Below, in pieces: positions 1-8,634 of a stretch of DNA of 18,496 nucleotides. The stretch covers positions 1 to 18,496 of the forward strand of contig JAZDIN010000065.1 of assembly GCA_043804895.1 (NCBI GenBank), in the 5' to 3' direction. Under the pieces are notes generated by a model. It was given only the letters and a program-made list of their open reading frames with translations. It made no database searches and was not told where the DNA came from. Within the stretch, counting starts at the first letter, position 1; each line of letters begins with the position of its first letter. A program made the translations under genes and the position numbers. The stretch comes from Candidatus Altiarchaeota archaeon. GTDB taxonomy: Archaea > Altiarchaeota > Altiarchaeia > IMC4 > SCGC-AAA252-I15.

Positions 1-1
1 A

Positions 2-478
2 GCACACGTCCAGTTGGCAGAGATGGCACCTAACGATCGTGACAAGAGGAAAATTCTCGAAGAGGCTATTCCAAGTTTTAACGATGCCATATCCCTAGAC
101 CCAGATAATCCAGAACATCACTTTGGGATGGGACATACTTATTACCTGCTTTTAAGTGGAAGAGATGACCCAGATATCCGGCGGAGGAGTAGGCAGTCAC
201 TTGAGAAGGCAATAGAGTTGGATGACGATAAAAAACCAACCCAGGCCGAGGCGAGATACTATCTGGCGTCCCTAATCAATAAGGACCCGAAACGCGCTCC
301 TGGATATCTCACCCAGATGCTTGATTTGCTCCAGCAGGCAATTAATATAGGCCTTGAAGAACCGGAACTCGAAGCAAAAGCAAAGGGAGGAGTAGAACAA
401 ATTAATATGAAACTCAACCCTCCACCAACACCCTCAACAAAAATAGAGTTCCCTAAACCGGATAAACCTCCCGGTTAG
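2..478 (+). CDS. TPR-repeat protein, C-terminal part (5'-truncated by window edge)
   Basis: Frame is open from base 2. TPR-like helices (AIPSFNDAISLDPDNPEHHFGMGHTY; LEKAIELD; AEARYYLA) and a Pro-rich C-terminal tail. Confidence 0.75.
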   Translation, partial: AHVQLAEMAPNDRDKRKILEEAIPSFNDAISLDPDNPEHHFGMGHTYYLLLSGRDDPDIRRRSRQSLEKAIELDDDKKPTQAEARYYLASLINKDPKRAPGYLTQMLDLLQQAINIGLEEPELEAKAKGGVEQINMKLNPPPTPSTKIEFPKPDKPPG

Positions 479-502
479 GTTCTTTATACTCCTAAAATCC
501 TA

Positions 503-1291
503 ATGTCTGACATGATCTTGAATGTCCCTGCGGGGGGGAATGAGAAGCTGAGGAAGCTTCTTAAGAAGGTTAACTCCGACGTTGAGTTGCAGACTATGTG
601 GACTGCAAGTAACATAACTGCGATAGACCGAAGCCACATGTCAGACCACGGGCCAACGCACGTGGCCATAGTAGTCAACGCCGCGCTCCTGATGCTTCGG
701 AACCTTGTGAAGGCTAAAGTGGAGCCATCGGTTGTTAAGGACCATAAGATGAAGGCCGAAGACGCGGAAGTGGTCGTGTTCCTCGCATCATGCCTCCACG
801 ACGTAGGCCACATAGTCCACAGGCAGGACCACTCGTATTTCAGCATACCGGTCGCCTCCCCGATAATCAAGCGACTCCTGGAGGGAATCTACAAGACCAA
901 AGAGGCTACGATAGTCTACGGGGAGGTGTTGCACGCGATACTCGCGCACTCGACCGAGGTGAAGCCGCTCACAATCGAGGCCGGCGTAGTCCGCATCGCG
1001 GACGCCCTTGACATGGCCGAAGGCCGAAGCAGGATACCGTTTTCAGCAGGGGAGAAGAACATACACTCAGTCTCGGCATTGTCCATAAGGAACGTGAAGA
1101 TAGACTCTACAAAAGAGAAACCTATAACACTGAGGATTGAGATGACCAACTCCGCAGGCATATACCAGGTCGACAACCTACTCAAGGACAAAGTCAAAGG
1201 CTCAGGCCTCGAAAAGTACGTGAAGGTGACTGCGGAGATAAAGAAGCAGACCGAACAGAGGATAATAGACACGTTCGAGATAGAACTTTAG
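503..1291 (+). CDS. HD-domain metal-dependent phosphohydrolase (COG3294-like)
   Basis: DHGPTH...LHDVGHIVHR..H...AH...IADALD metal-binding pattern. Confidence 0.85.
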   Translation: MSDMILNVPAGGNEKLRKLLKKVNSDVELQTMWTASNITAIDRSHMSDHGPTHVAIVVNAALLMLRNLVKAKVEPSVVKDHKMKAEDAEVVVFLASCLHDVGHIVHRQDHSYFSIPVASPIIKRLLEGIYKTKEATIVYGEVLHAILAHSTEVKPLTIEAGVVRIADALDMAEGRSRIPFSAGEKNIHSVSALSIRNVKIDSTKEKPITLRIEMTNSAGIYQVDNLLKDKVKGSGLEKYVKVTAEIKKQTEQRIIDTFEIEL

Positions 1292-1311
1292 AAGGTTTAA
1301 TATTTTTATTC
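1292..1311 (+). promoter_or_regulatory. Putative BRE/TATA (AAGG-TTTAATA) and T-rich tract upstream of mscS
   Basis: aaggtttaatatttttattc in the short AT-rich intergenic gap; could also terminate the HD gene. Confidence 0.4.
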
Positions 1312-1337
1312 GGATAGTCGTATTCTAATCCATTAAG

Positions 1338-2411
1338 GTGTTTTTTATGTTGGATGGTTTTTTGTTGAACGAGTATTACGGCAACACTGTACTCAGCTAC
1401 GTCAAGGCGGCCGTCATTGTCCTGGCGTCAGTCATAGTCGGGAAGGTTGTCTACTATATACTAAACAGGCACATCAAGAAGCTCCTTGAGAAGACTGAGA
1501 CTAAGTTGGACGATATGCTGGTGGACGCCGCTGAGGAGCCTGCGGTAGTGGCCATATTCATACTGGGGTTGTATGCGGCCTCGCAGACGCTTATAATGCC
1601 CGCTGGGTTGCAGACTTATTCGGCCGAGATTATTACCGCGTTTTTGATACTTGACGTAGTATGGCTTGTGATACGTTTGGTCGATATAGTTGTGAACGAG
1701 GTTGTGTTGCCTGTGGCTGCAAAGAGCGACACCACACTTGACGACCAGCTCATACCCATCCTAAGCAGGGGGGTGAAGGTAGTCGTCATCGCCTTCGGCT
1801 TCATGATAATACTCAGCAACTTCGGCTTCGACATCACCGCGCTGGTCGCCGGCCTTGGCATCGGAGGCCTTGCAGTCGCGCTCGCGTCCAAGGACACTAT
1901 AGAGAACATGTTCGGCGCGTTCGCGATACTCATAGACAAGCCCTTCGCGATACGAGACCGCGTCGTGATAGACGGGAAGGTGGGGGATGTCATGGAGGTT
2001 GGATTGAGGAGCACTCGCCTGTTGACGTTGGACCACACTGAACTTTACATACCGAACTCTAAGGTTGCGACGAGTTATATCGAGAACATTTCACGGCCTA
2101 CAAGCCGCCTGGCTGTGACTGAGAAGTTGAATGTGACGTATGAGACGAGCATCGGGAAGCTTCGCGAGGGGATTGACATTGTGAAGGGAGTGATCGCTGA
2201 GACTGAGGGCATCCTGAGGGAGTATGAGCCGACTGTCGTCTTCAAGGAGTTCGAAGAATCGAGTCTTGAGGTATTCGTGAAGTATTGGGTGGAGGATTAT
2301 ACGAAGAGCCTGACAGTCAAGAACTCTGTGAACCAGAAGATTAAGGAGCGGTTCGAGAAGGCAGGCATCGAATTCGCATACCCGACGCAGAAGGTGTACA
2401 TCGCTAAGTAG
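1338..2411 (+). CDS. mscS: Small-conductance mechanosensitive channel, MscS family (start may be ATG 1347)
   Basis: Several TM helices, TM3 motif GLGIGGLAVALASKDTIENMFG, DKPF..., VGLRST, IPNS, and C-terminal GIEFAYPTQ. Confidence 0.9.
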   Translation: MFFMLDGFLLNEYYGNTVLSYVKAAVIVLASVIVGKVVYYILNRHIKKLLEKTETKLDDMLVDAAEEPAVVAIFILGLYAASQTLIMPAGLQTYSAEIITAFLILDVVWLVIRLVDIVVNEVVLPVAAKSDTTLDDQLIPILSRGVKVVVIAFGFMIILSNFGFDITALVAGLGIGGLAVALASKDTIENMFGAFAILIDKPFAIRDRVVIDGKVGDVMEVGLRSTRLLTLDHTELYIPNSKVATSYIENISRPTSRLAVTEKLNVTYETSIGKLREGIDIVKGVIAETEGILREYEPTVVFKEFEESSLEVFVKYWVEDYTKSLTVKNSVNQKIKERFEKAGIEFAYPTQKVYIAK

Positions 2412-2490
2412 ACGCATTTTTATTCTGGGTTACGTATGATTATCTATTGAATCGTACTAGAATGTCTTGTTGTGTGGATGATTGATAGTG

Positions 2491-3780
2491 ATGGAGTCCA
2501 AGAATTTCCTGTTCGTATCTCTGAGCGCGTTGATAGGCGACACAGCCTGGCAGATTCTGAAGGAAGGCCACAACGTCAAGTACTACATCGATGAGGAGGA
2601 GGAGAGGGACATAGCTGATGGGTTCGTGCCTAAGGTCGACGACTGGCAGAAGGAGGTCGCATGGGCCGACGTCGTTGTGTTCGACGACGTTTTAGGCCAG
2701 GGCACGCACGCGAAGAAGCTGAGGGACGAGGGCAAGCTCGTCATCGGCGGCACACCCTACACCGACAAGCTTGAGGACGACCGCGCATTCGGCCAGGAGG
2801 AGTTGAAGAACGCGGGTGTTTCGATAATACAGCAGAAGAATTTCACATCGTTCGACGACGCCCAGGAGTACGTTAGGAACAACCCGAACAAGTACGTCAT
2901 TAAGCCAAGCGGCGAGGCACAGAACAAGAAGCAGCTTTTGTTCGTCGGGGAGGAGGAGAATGGGAGGGACGTTATCCAGGTTCTTGAACATTATAAGAGG
3001 GTGTGGTCGAGCAAGATTAAGGAGTTCCAGCTTCAGAAGAAGATAGGCGGCGTCGAAGTCGCGGTTGGCGCGTTCTTCAACGGAAACGAGTTCATCTACC
3101 CGATAAACGTCAACTTCGAGCACAAGAAGCTGTTCCCAGGGAATATTGGGCCGTCGACAGGTGAGATGGGGACTAGCATGTTCTGGAGCTCTCCGAACAC
3201 CCTTTTCAACACCACACTATTGAAGATGGAGCCGAAATTGAAGGAGGAACACTACGTCGGCTACATCGACATTAATTGTATCGTCAACAGCAACGGCATC
3301 TACCCGCTCGAGTTCACTCCGCGCTTCGGATACCCCTGCCTTTTCATACAGCAGGAGGGGATGCTCATTCCTATTAGCGAGTTCTTCTACCAGCTTGCGA
3401 AGGGGGAGAAGCCGAATCTCAGGGTCAGGAGCGGGTTCCAGGTGGGGGTGAGGATAATAGTGCCACCGTACCCGTACGTGGACAGCGAAGCCTTCGAGAC
3501 CCACTCGAAGGAGGCTGTTGTGATATTCAAGAAGCCTGATGACAAGGAGGGCGTCCACATAGAGGACGTTAAGCTGGTCGACGGAGAATGGGTCGTGGCA
3601 GGCTCAGCAGGCGTCGTGTTGACTGTTGTTGGCTGCGGGCAGACTATGCAGCAGGCACGAAGCAGGATGTATAACAGGGTGAACAACATCATACTGCCGA
3701 ACAGGTACTACCGGCTTGACATCGGGGAGCGGTGGGCTGAGGACAGCGACAGGCTCCACACGTGGGGCTACCTCAGGTGA
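2491..3780 (+). CDS. Divergent PurD-like (phosphoribosylamine-glycine ligase family) ATP-grasp ligase
   Basis: LEDDRAFG, YVIKPSG, EHKKLFPGNIGPSTGEMG, LEFTPRFGYP and YYRLDIG parallel PurD motifs, but the N-terminal GSGGREHA is missing. ATG 2491 preferred over TTG 2482. Confidence 0.8.
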   Translation: MESKNFLFVSLSALIGDTAWQILKEGHNVKYYIDEEEERDIADGFVPKVDDWQKEVAWADVVVFDDVLGQGTHAKKLRDEGKLVIGGTPYTDKLEDDRAFGQEELKNAGVSIIQQKNFTSFDDAQEYVRNNPNKYVIKPSGEAQNKKQLLFVGEEENGRDVIQVLEHYKRVWSSKIKEFQLQKKIGGVEVAVGAFFNGNEFIYPINVNFEHKKLFPGNIGPSTGEMGTSMFWSSPNTLFNTTLLKMEPKLKEEHYVGYIDINCIVNSNGIYPLEFTPRFGYPCLFIQQEGMLIPISEFFYQLAKGEKPNLRVRSGFQVGVRIIVPPYPYVDSEAFETHSKEAVVIFKKPDDKEGVHIEDVKLVDGEWVVAGSAGVVLTVVGCGQTMQQARSRMYNRVNNIILPNRYYRLDIGERWAEDSDRLHTWGYLR

Positions 3781-3787
3781 TTGAATT

Positions 3788-4333
3788 CTAATAGAGGATG
3801 AACACTGCAGCAGCGAGGGTGGTGGTCCACAACCCGTTCTTGTCACCTTCCGCCGACTGTACGATGTGATGCGTCTTGAATATCTTCCCGCTTGCCTCGT
3901 AGACCTGCTTTCGCTCGTCCCACGCTGTGTTGATGTCGAATTTTATCCCCAACGTCGTGGCAAGCATCGTCGCAGCCAGGTCCTCAGCATATTCGCCAGC
4001 CTTCCTCGCTGTGTCGCCGAAGGAGTGGTGCTCTGAGAGGTAACCGTAGCCGCCGCTCTTGCCAGGGACCGCAAGGCCTATAGCAGAGGATATGAGGCGG
4101 TTCGGCTCGTTAGTCTGGTTCTTGGACATGACAACGTAGGTTATCTGTCCTGGGCGCAGGAGTTTACAGCCCTTTTTCGCAGGGATTAATTCGCATTCCT
4201 GCGGGAGGATGCTTGACACATACACGAGGTTGCACTGCTCTATCCTCGCCTTCCTGAGGGCAAGCTCGAACGAGGCTAGTTGGTCCTTGTGGACACCAAC
4301 GCCCTTCGTGAAAAAACATTTTTTAGGTATCAT
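3788..4333 (-). CDS. pdaD: Pyruvoyl-dependent arginine decarboxylase
   Basis: [17 protein letters not shown] with the Ser-Ser self-cleavage site, [19 protein letters not shown] 4333 has a GGGAGTG SD-like site upstream. Confidence 0.92.
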   Translation of the reverse strand: MIPKKCFFTKGVGVHKDQLASFELALRKARIEQCNLVYVSSILPQECELIPAKKGCKLLRPGQITYVVMSKNQTNEPNRLISSAIGLAVPGKSGGYGYLSEHHSFGDTARKAGEYAEDLAATMLATTLGIKFDINTAWDERKQVYEASGKIFKTHHIVQSAEGDKNGLWTTTLAAAVFILY

Positions 4334-4369
4334 CCTGAGTAACACTCCCCCACGCTTGGTATTTGAGTA

Positions 4370-5254
4370 TTAGACGTTGTCAATAAAAAACCTTTGGTTC
4401 ACGTATCCGAGCATCTTGTAGGCTAGTTTAGCTGCTGTGAAATCAGACGCTTCGGAATTTGGTTTAGGGCATAGTTCCATGACATCGAATCCGACGACGT
4501 TCTTTGCTGAGGTAACGGCTTTCAGGATTCTTAGGACATCGTACCATCCGAGGCCTCCAGGCTCCGGGGTGCCGGTTGAGGGCATGATTGACGGGTCCAT
4601 ACAGTCCAAGTCGAACGTTATGTAGACGTTTTCCGAGAGTCTGTTGATTATGTCTTTGGTGCAGTCTCCTTCAAGCACGTCCTTTGCAAAAAAAAGAGTC
4701 TTATCAGACCTCAGTTTTTTGACAAGCTCTGATTCCTCGTCGCTGATGCTCCTTATACCGACCTGGACACACTCGACGTTCTCACGAATCCTAGCCATCA
4801 CGCACGCGTGATTGTACCTGCTGCCCCTGTAGCTTTCCCTCAGGTCTGCGTGGGCGTCAAACTGGAGGACTGAGACATCTGGGACGCGTTCCTTAAGAGC
4901 GAGAAGGAATCCTACCGATATAGAATGCTCGCCGCCGAGGAGGATTGGGAACTTACCGTCGTCTAGAATTTTGAGGCATGCATCCTTCACCTTGCGTACC
5001 ATTATCTCTGGTTTATCCCGTATCACAAGAGGCTTTAGGGTGGCTATGCCAGACTCTGCAGGAGTTGAATCCAACTCCTCATCGTACAATTCCAGCTTAC
5101 ATGAAGCCTCCATGATGGCCTTCGGGCCTTTGGCTGTGCCTTTCGCATAGGTTGTTGTCTTCTCGTAGGGGACTGGCAGCACCGCGAACCTGGCTTTGGA
5201 GTAGTCGCTGAAATGCCTTTCCAGACCGCAGAACTTCAGCTGTGATTTGACCAT
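4370..5254 (-). CDS. speB: Agmatinase (ureohydrolase)
   Basis: GGEHS, DAHADL, DLDCMDPS..TGTPEPGG motifs; directly upstream of pdaD. Confidence 0.93.
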   Translation of the reverse strand: MVKSQLKFCGLERHFSDYSKARFAVLPVPYEKTTTYAKGTAKGPKAIMEASCKLELYDEELDSTPAESGIATLKPLVIRDKPEIMVRKVKDACLKILDDGKFPILLGGEHSISVGFLLALKERVPDVSVLQFDAHADLRESYRGSRYNHACVMARIRENVECVQVGIRSISDEESELVKKLRSDKTLFFAKDVLEGDCTKDIINRLSENVYITFDLDCMDPSIMPSTGTPEPGGLGWYDVLRILKAVTSAKNVVGFDVMELCPKPNSEASDFTAAKLAYKMLGYVNQRFFIDNV

Positions 5255-5349
5255 GGTACTTAGACTGTGTTTTCCAGTAAATATACTTTGTTGGAGTTAC
5301 TTGTAGGAAACGACGGCACTTTTTAACAGGCAGTCTAAAACATACTAAC
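5255..5349. promoter_or_regulatory. Divergent promoter region between speB and the rubredoxin operon
   Basis: Minus strand AAAG-TATATTTA (TATA 5278-5285) and plus strand TTTTTAA (5320-5326), each about 23 nt before its ATG. Inverted CAGTCTAA copies at 5260-5267 and 5331-5338. Confidence 0.6.
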
Positions 5350-5517
5350 ATGGACAAGCCTGAGAAGTATAGGTGCAAGGTCTGCGGCTACATATACAAT
5401 CCGGAGAAGGGAGACCCGGATTCTGGGATAAAACCTGGCACTGCTTTCAAGGACATTCCAAGCACGTGGGTGTGCCCGCTTTGCGGTGTCGGCAAGGACC
5501 AGTTCGAGAGGATTTGA
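5350..5517 (+). CDS. rub: Rubredoxin (55 aa; absent from the ORF track)
   Basis: Manual translation: [55 protein letters not shown], with CxxCGY...WxCPxCG. Confidence 0.97.
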   Translation: MDKPEKYRCKVCGYIYNPEKGDPDSGIKPGTAFKDIPSTWVCPLCGVGKDQFERI

Positions 5518-5520
5518 CAG

Positions 5521-5913
5521 GTGGTTGATGTGGCTGGGAAGGTGGATGACAAGGTTATGCAGACAGTTCTTGACGCGCTGCCTGTGGAGATTTCGTTCGT
5601 AGACGCAGACGACACGGTACGGTACTTCAACAAGGACGGGAACAGGATATTCCCAAGGACGGATGCGGTACTGGGCCGGAAGGTCCAGCAATGCCACCCC
5701 CCAAAGAGCCTGGACAAAGTCGAGGCCATACTGAAGGGGTTCAAGGAGGGGAAGTTCGGTAAAGCTGACTTCTGGATTAACCTTAAGGGGATGACGGTTT
5801 TGATAAGGTACTTCCCAGTAAGGGACAAGGGCGGCAAATACCTCGGATGCCTTGAGGTGGCGCAGGACATTACTGAGATAAGAAAGATTGAGGGGGAGAA
5901 AAGGTTACTATGA
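5521..5913 (+). CDS. Stand-alone PAS-domain protein (PAS_10-like; start may be GTG 5530)
   Basis: LDALPVEISFVDADDTVRYFN...IFPR...LGRKVQQCHPPKS...YLGCLEVAQDIT. Confidence 0.85.
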   Translation: MVDVAGKVDDKVMQTVLDALPVEISFVDADDTVRYFNKDGNRIFPRTDAVLGRKVQQCHPPKSLDKVEAILKGFKEGKFGKADFWINLKGMTVLIRYFPVRDKGGKYLGCLEVAQDITEIRKIEGEKRLL

Positions 5914-5925
5914 CAGGTGAATAAG

Positions 5926-6159
5926 ATGGCAGAAGAGATAATAGTTTACAGCACTCCGACGTGCCCGTACTGTAGGATGGCGAAGGAATATCTGAATGGA
6001 AAAAACGTGAAGTTCAGGGAAATAGACGTCGCCCAGGACCGTAAGGCAGCCAAGGAGATGATAGAGTTGAGCGGCCAGATGGGAGTCCCGCAGATAGTCA
6101 TCGGCGAGAAAGTTATTGTCGGCTTCGACAGGGATGAAATAGACAAGGCATTGGGGTGA
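5926..6159 (+). CDS. Glutaredoxin / NrdH-like redoxin
   Basis: YSTPTCPYC active site, GQMGVPQI, VGFD; SD AGGTGA at 5915-5920. Confidence 0.92.
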   Translation: MAEEIIVYSTPTCPYCRMAKEYLNGKNVKFREIDVAQDRKAAKEMIELSGQMGVPQIVIGEKVIVGFDRDEIDKALG

Positions 6160-6162
6160 ACT

Positions 6163-7338
6163 ATGGTCGTGCGTGAGCTGAAAAGGAGAGTCTATTCCGT
6201 TGGAGCCATAGACTGGGACAGGAGGCTCTTCGACGAGTTGATACCCTTGCCAGATGGGACAACATATAATGCGTACATCATTCAAGGCAGCGAGAAGACG
6301 GCACTCATAGACACAGTCGACCCAACGAAGGAGGACGAACTCGTTGAGAATCTCAAGACTCTGGGTGTGAAGAGCATAGACTATGTCATATCGCACCACG
6401 CCGAACAGGACCACTCTGGAGCGATACCGAAGATTCTTGGGCTCTACCCGAAGGCGAAGGTCGTTACAAACCAGAAGTGCAAGGAATTACTGAAAGACAT
6501 GCTGCACGTTCCCGAGGAGAGGTTCATAACAGTCAAGGACGGGGAGACGCTCTCCTTAGGGGATAAGACTCTCCAGTTCATGTTCACACCATGGGTGCAC
6601 TGGCCTGAGACTATGCTCACGCACCTGAGGGAGGAAAGGATACTCTTCACCTGCGACTTCTTCGGAAGCCACCTCGCATCAAGCGACCTATACGCAAAAG
6701 ACAATGAGAAGGCCTACAGTTCTGCGAAGAGATACTACGCTGAGATTATGATGCCCTTTAGGAGTAACATAAAATCCCACCTGGAGAAGCTGAAGACGAT
6801 CGAATTCGACATAATCGCCACAAGCCACGGCCCCATATACGACAAGCCCAAATTCATACTAGACGCATACAAGGACTGGGTCTCGGACGACGTCAAAAAC
6901 GAAGCCATCATAGCATATGTCTCGATGCACGGCGCTACCAGGATGATGGTTGAGCACTTGAGCGGGGCGCTGATGAACCGCAAGGTGACTGTGAGACAGT
7001 TCAACCTAGCCAGGACAGACATAGGCGAGCTTGCTATGGCGCTCGTAGACGCAGCGACAGTGATTATAGCGACTCCGACAGTCCTTGGAGGCCCCCACCC
7101 AGCGGCAGTCTATGCCGCATACCTTGCCAATGCCTTAAGGCCTAAGACCAGGTTCGCGACCGTTATCGGCTCGTATGAGTGGGGTGGAAGGACGGTCGAG
7201 CAGCTGATTGGGATGCTCGGAAACCTTAAGGTGGAGGTGTTGACGCCAGTGCTCACCAAAGGGCAGCCAAGGAATGAGGATTACTATGCCCTCGACAAGC
7301 TCGCAGACCAGATAGCAGAGAAACACAAGAATGTATGA
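6163..7338 (+). CDS. fprA: Flavodiiron protein (class A; O2/NO reductase)
   Basis: GTTYNAY, HHAEQDHSG, VHWPE, FTCDFFG, SHGP diiron beta-lactamase domain plus flavodoxin domain (YVSMHGAT, GSYEWGG). Confidence 0.95.
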   Translation: MVVRELKRRVYSVGAIDWDRRLFDELIPLPDGTTYNAYIIQGSEKTALIDTVDPTKEDELVENLKTLGVKSIDYVISHHAEQDHSGAIPKILGLYPKAKVVTNQKCKELLKDMLHVPEERFITVKDGETLSLGDKTLQFMFTPWVHWPETMLTHLREERILFTCDFFGSHLASSDLYAKDNEKAYSSAKRYYAEIMMPFRSNIKSHLEKLKTIEFDIIATSHGPIYDKPKFILDAYKDWVSDDVKNEAIIAYVSMHGATRMMVEHLSGALMNRKVTVRQFNLARTDIGELAMALVDAATVIIATPTVLGGPHPAAVYAAYLANALRPKTRFATVIGSYEWGGRTVEQLIGMLGNLKVEVLTPVLTKGQPRNEDYYALDKLADQIAEKHKNV

Positions 7339-8254
7339 CCTAATAATAATCGGTGCTGGGCCGGCTGGCATAACAGCGGCAGTGTATGCCGCAAGGAAGA
7401 GGATAAAAACCCTTGTCCTTACCAAGGATGTCGGAGGCCAGCCAGCCCTCTCATGGGGCATAGAGAACTACACAGGCTACCAGTTCATCACAGGACCTGA
7501 TTTAGTTAAAAAGTTCGATGAACACCTGAAAAGCGCCAATGTAGAATCCAATGCCGGTGTAGACGTGTTCAAAATAGACAAGGAGGGTGACGCCTTCAAA
7601 GTCAAGACCCAGGATGGCGAGCACCTCGCGAGAGCTGTGATAATAGCGACAGGCCGTAAGCCGAGGCTCCTGAGGGCCCCGGGGGAGGAGAAGTTCAAGA
7701 ACAAGGGCGTTACCTATTGCGCTACATGCGACGGGCCCCTCTTCCAAGAAAAGGATGTCGCAATAATCGGGGGCGGGAACTCCGCGTTGGATGCTACGAT
7801 GCAGATGATTCCAATAGCTAACAAGATTTACCTCATAGACATCGGAGACCACATAATAGGAGACCCAGTGATGCTCGAGAAGGCTAGGAAGTCGTTGAAT
7901 GTTGAGATTCTTACGAACACAGAGGTTAGGGAGATAATCGGAGATAAATTCGTTAACGGAATAAGGGTTCTTGTTGGAAAGGAGCAGGAGAGGATAATCC
8001 CGGTCGAGGGCGTGTTCATAGAGATAGGCTCGCTTCCTGCGAGGGAACCTGGATGTAACGTGAAACTGAACGAGAGAAACGAGATAATAGTCAACGAACG
8101 ATGCGAAACGAGCATCCCAGGCCTGTTCGCTGCAGGAGATGTGACTAACGTTCCTGAGAAGCAGATAATAGTCGCGGCAGGCCAAGGCTGCATAGCATGC
8201 CTTACAGCCTTCAAATACCCGTCAAAGAAACAATTCAAAGAGGTGGAAAGATGA
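7331..8254 (+). CDS. trxB: Thioredoxin reductase / AhpF C-terminal-like disulfide reductase
   Basis: GAGPAG FAD site, [25 protein letters not shown]. Confidence 0.9.
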   Translation: MYDLIIIGAGPAGITAAVYAARKRIKTLVLTKDVGGQPALSWGIENYTGYQFITGPDLVKKFDEHLKSANVESNAGVDVFKIDKEGDAFKVKTQDGEHLARAVIIATGRKPRLLRAPGEEKFKNKGVTYCATCDGPLFQEKDVAIIGGGNSALDATMQMIPIANKIYLIDIGDHIIGDPVMLEKARKSLNVEILTNTEVREIIGDKFVNGIRVLVGKEQERIIPVEGVFIEIGSLPAREPGCNVKLNERNEIIVNERCETSIPGLFAAGDVTNVPEKQIIVAAGQGCIACLTAFKYPSKKQFKEVER

Positions 8255-8634
8255 GCGTTAAGGATAGGGGAGAAGTGTACAAGTGCAACGTATGCGGAAA
8301 CATAATCGAGGTGCTCCACGTAGGCGGCGGAGAGCTAGTCTGCTGCGGCCAGCCGATGGAGGCTCTGAAGGGGAAGGTCGAAGACCAGGGGAACGAGAAG
8401 CACGTCCCTGTCATAGAGAAGACAGCCGACGGTTTCAAGGTAATTGTAGGCTCAGTGCCGCACCCCATGGAGGAGAAGCACCACATACAATGGATCGAAT
8501 TGATAGGCGACGGCAAGACATACAGGGAGTACCTGAAGCCAGGGATGAAGCCGGAGGCCGAATTCTGCATCAAGGCAGCGAAGGTCATGGCGAGGGAGTA
8601 CTGCAACCTTCATGGACTGTGGAAGTCAAGATGA
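8251..8634 (+). CDS. dfx: Desulfoferrodoxin (2Fe superoxide reductase)
   Basis: YKCNVCGN...LVCCGQPM desulforedoxin domain; [19 protein letters not shown] centre II. ATG 8251 in an ATGA overlap with a GAGGTG SD. Confidence 0.96.
   Translation: MSVKDRGEVYKCNVCGNIIEVLHVGGGELVCCGQPMEALKGKVEDQGNEKHVPVIEKTADGFKVIVGSVPHPMEEKHHIQWIELIGDGKTYREYLKPGMKPEAEFCIKAAKVMAREYCNLHGLWKSR

Noticed and set aside
2422..2463. Imperfect hairpin upstream of the PurD-like gene (ATTCTGG/CTAGAAT, TACG/CGTA)
   Set aside because: Weak, bulged AT-rich pairing with no recognisable riboswitch or ncRNA consensus.
8197..8250. Longer dfx start given in the ORF track
   Set aside because: It overlaps trxB; ATG 8251 has an SD, an ATGA overlap and the expected N-terminus.
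8283..8630. Arg-rich N-terminal extension of the Rieske ORF (RRRRR, superficially Tat-like)
   Set aside because: It is an alternative frame over dfx with no hydrophobic core after the arginines. The credible start is ATG 8631, followed by a normal signal peptide.
5350..8634. Genome-wide TGA reassignment or selenocysteine (six consecutive TGA-ending genes)
   Set aside because: Each TGA falls at the expected protein end, none aligns with a catalytic Cys, and several are part of ATGA overlaps or SD sites.
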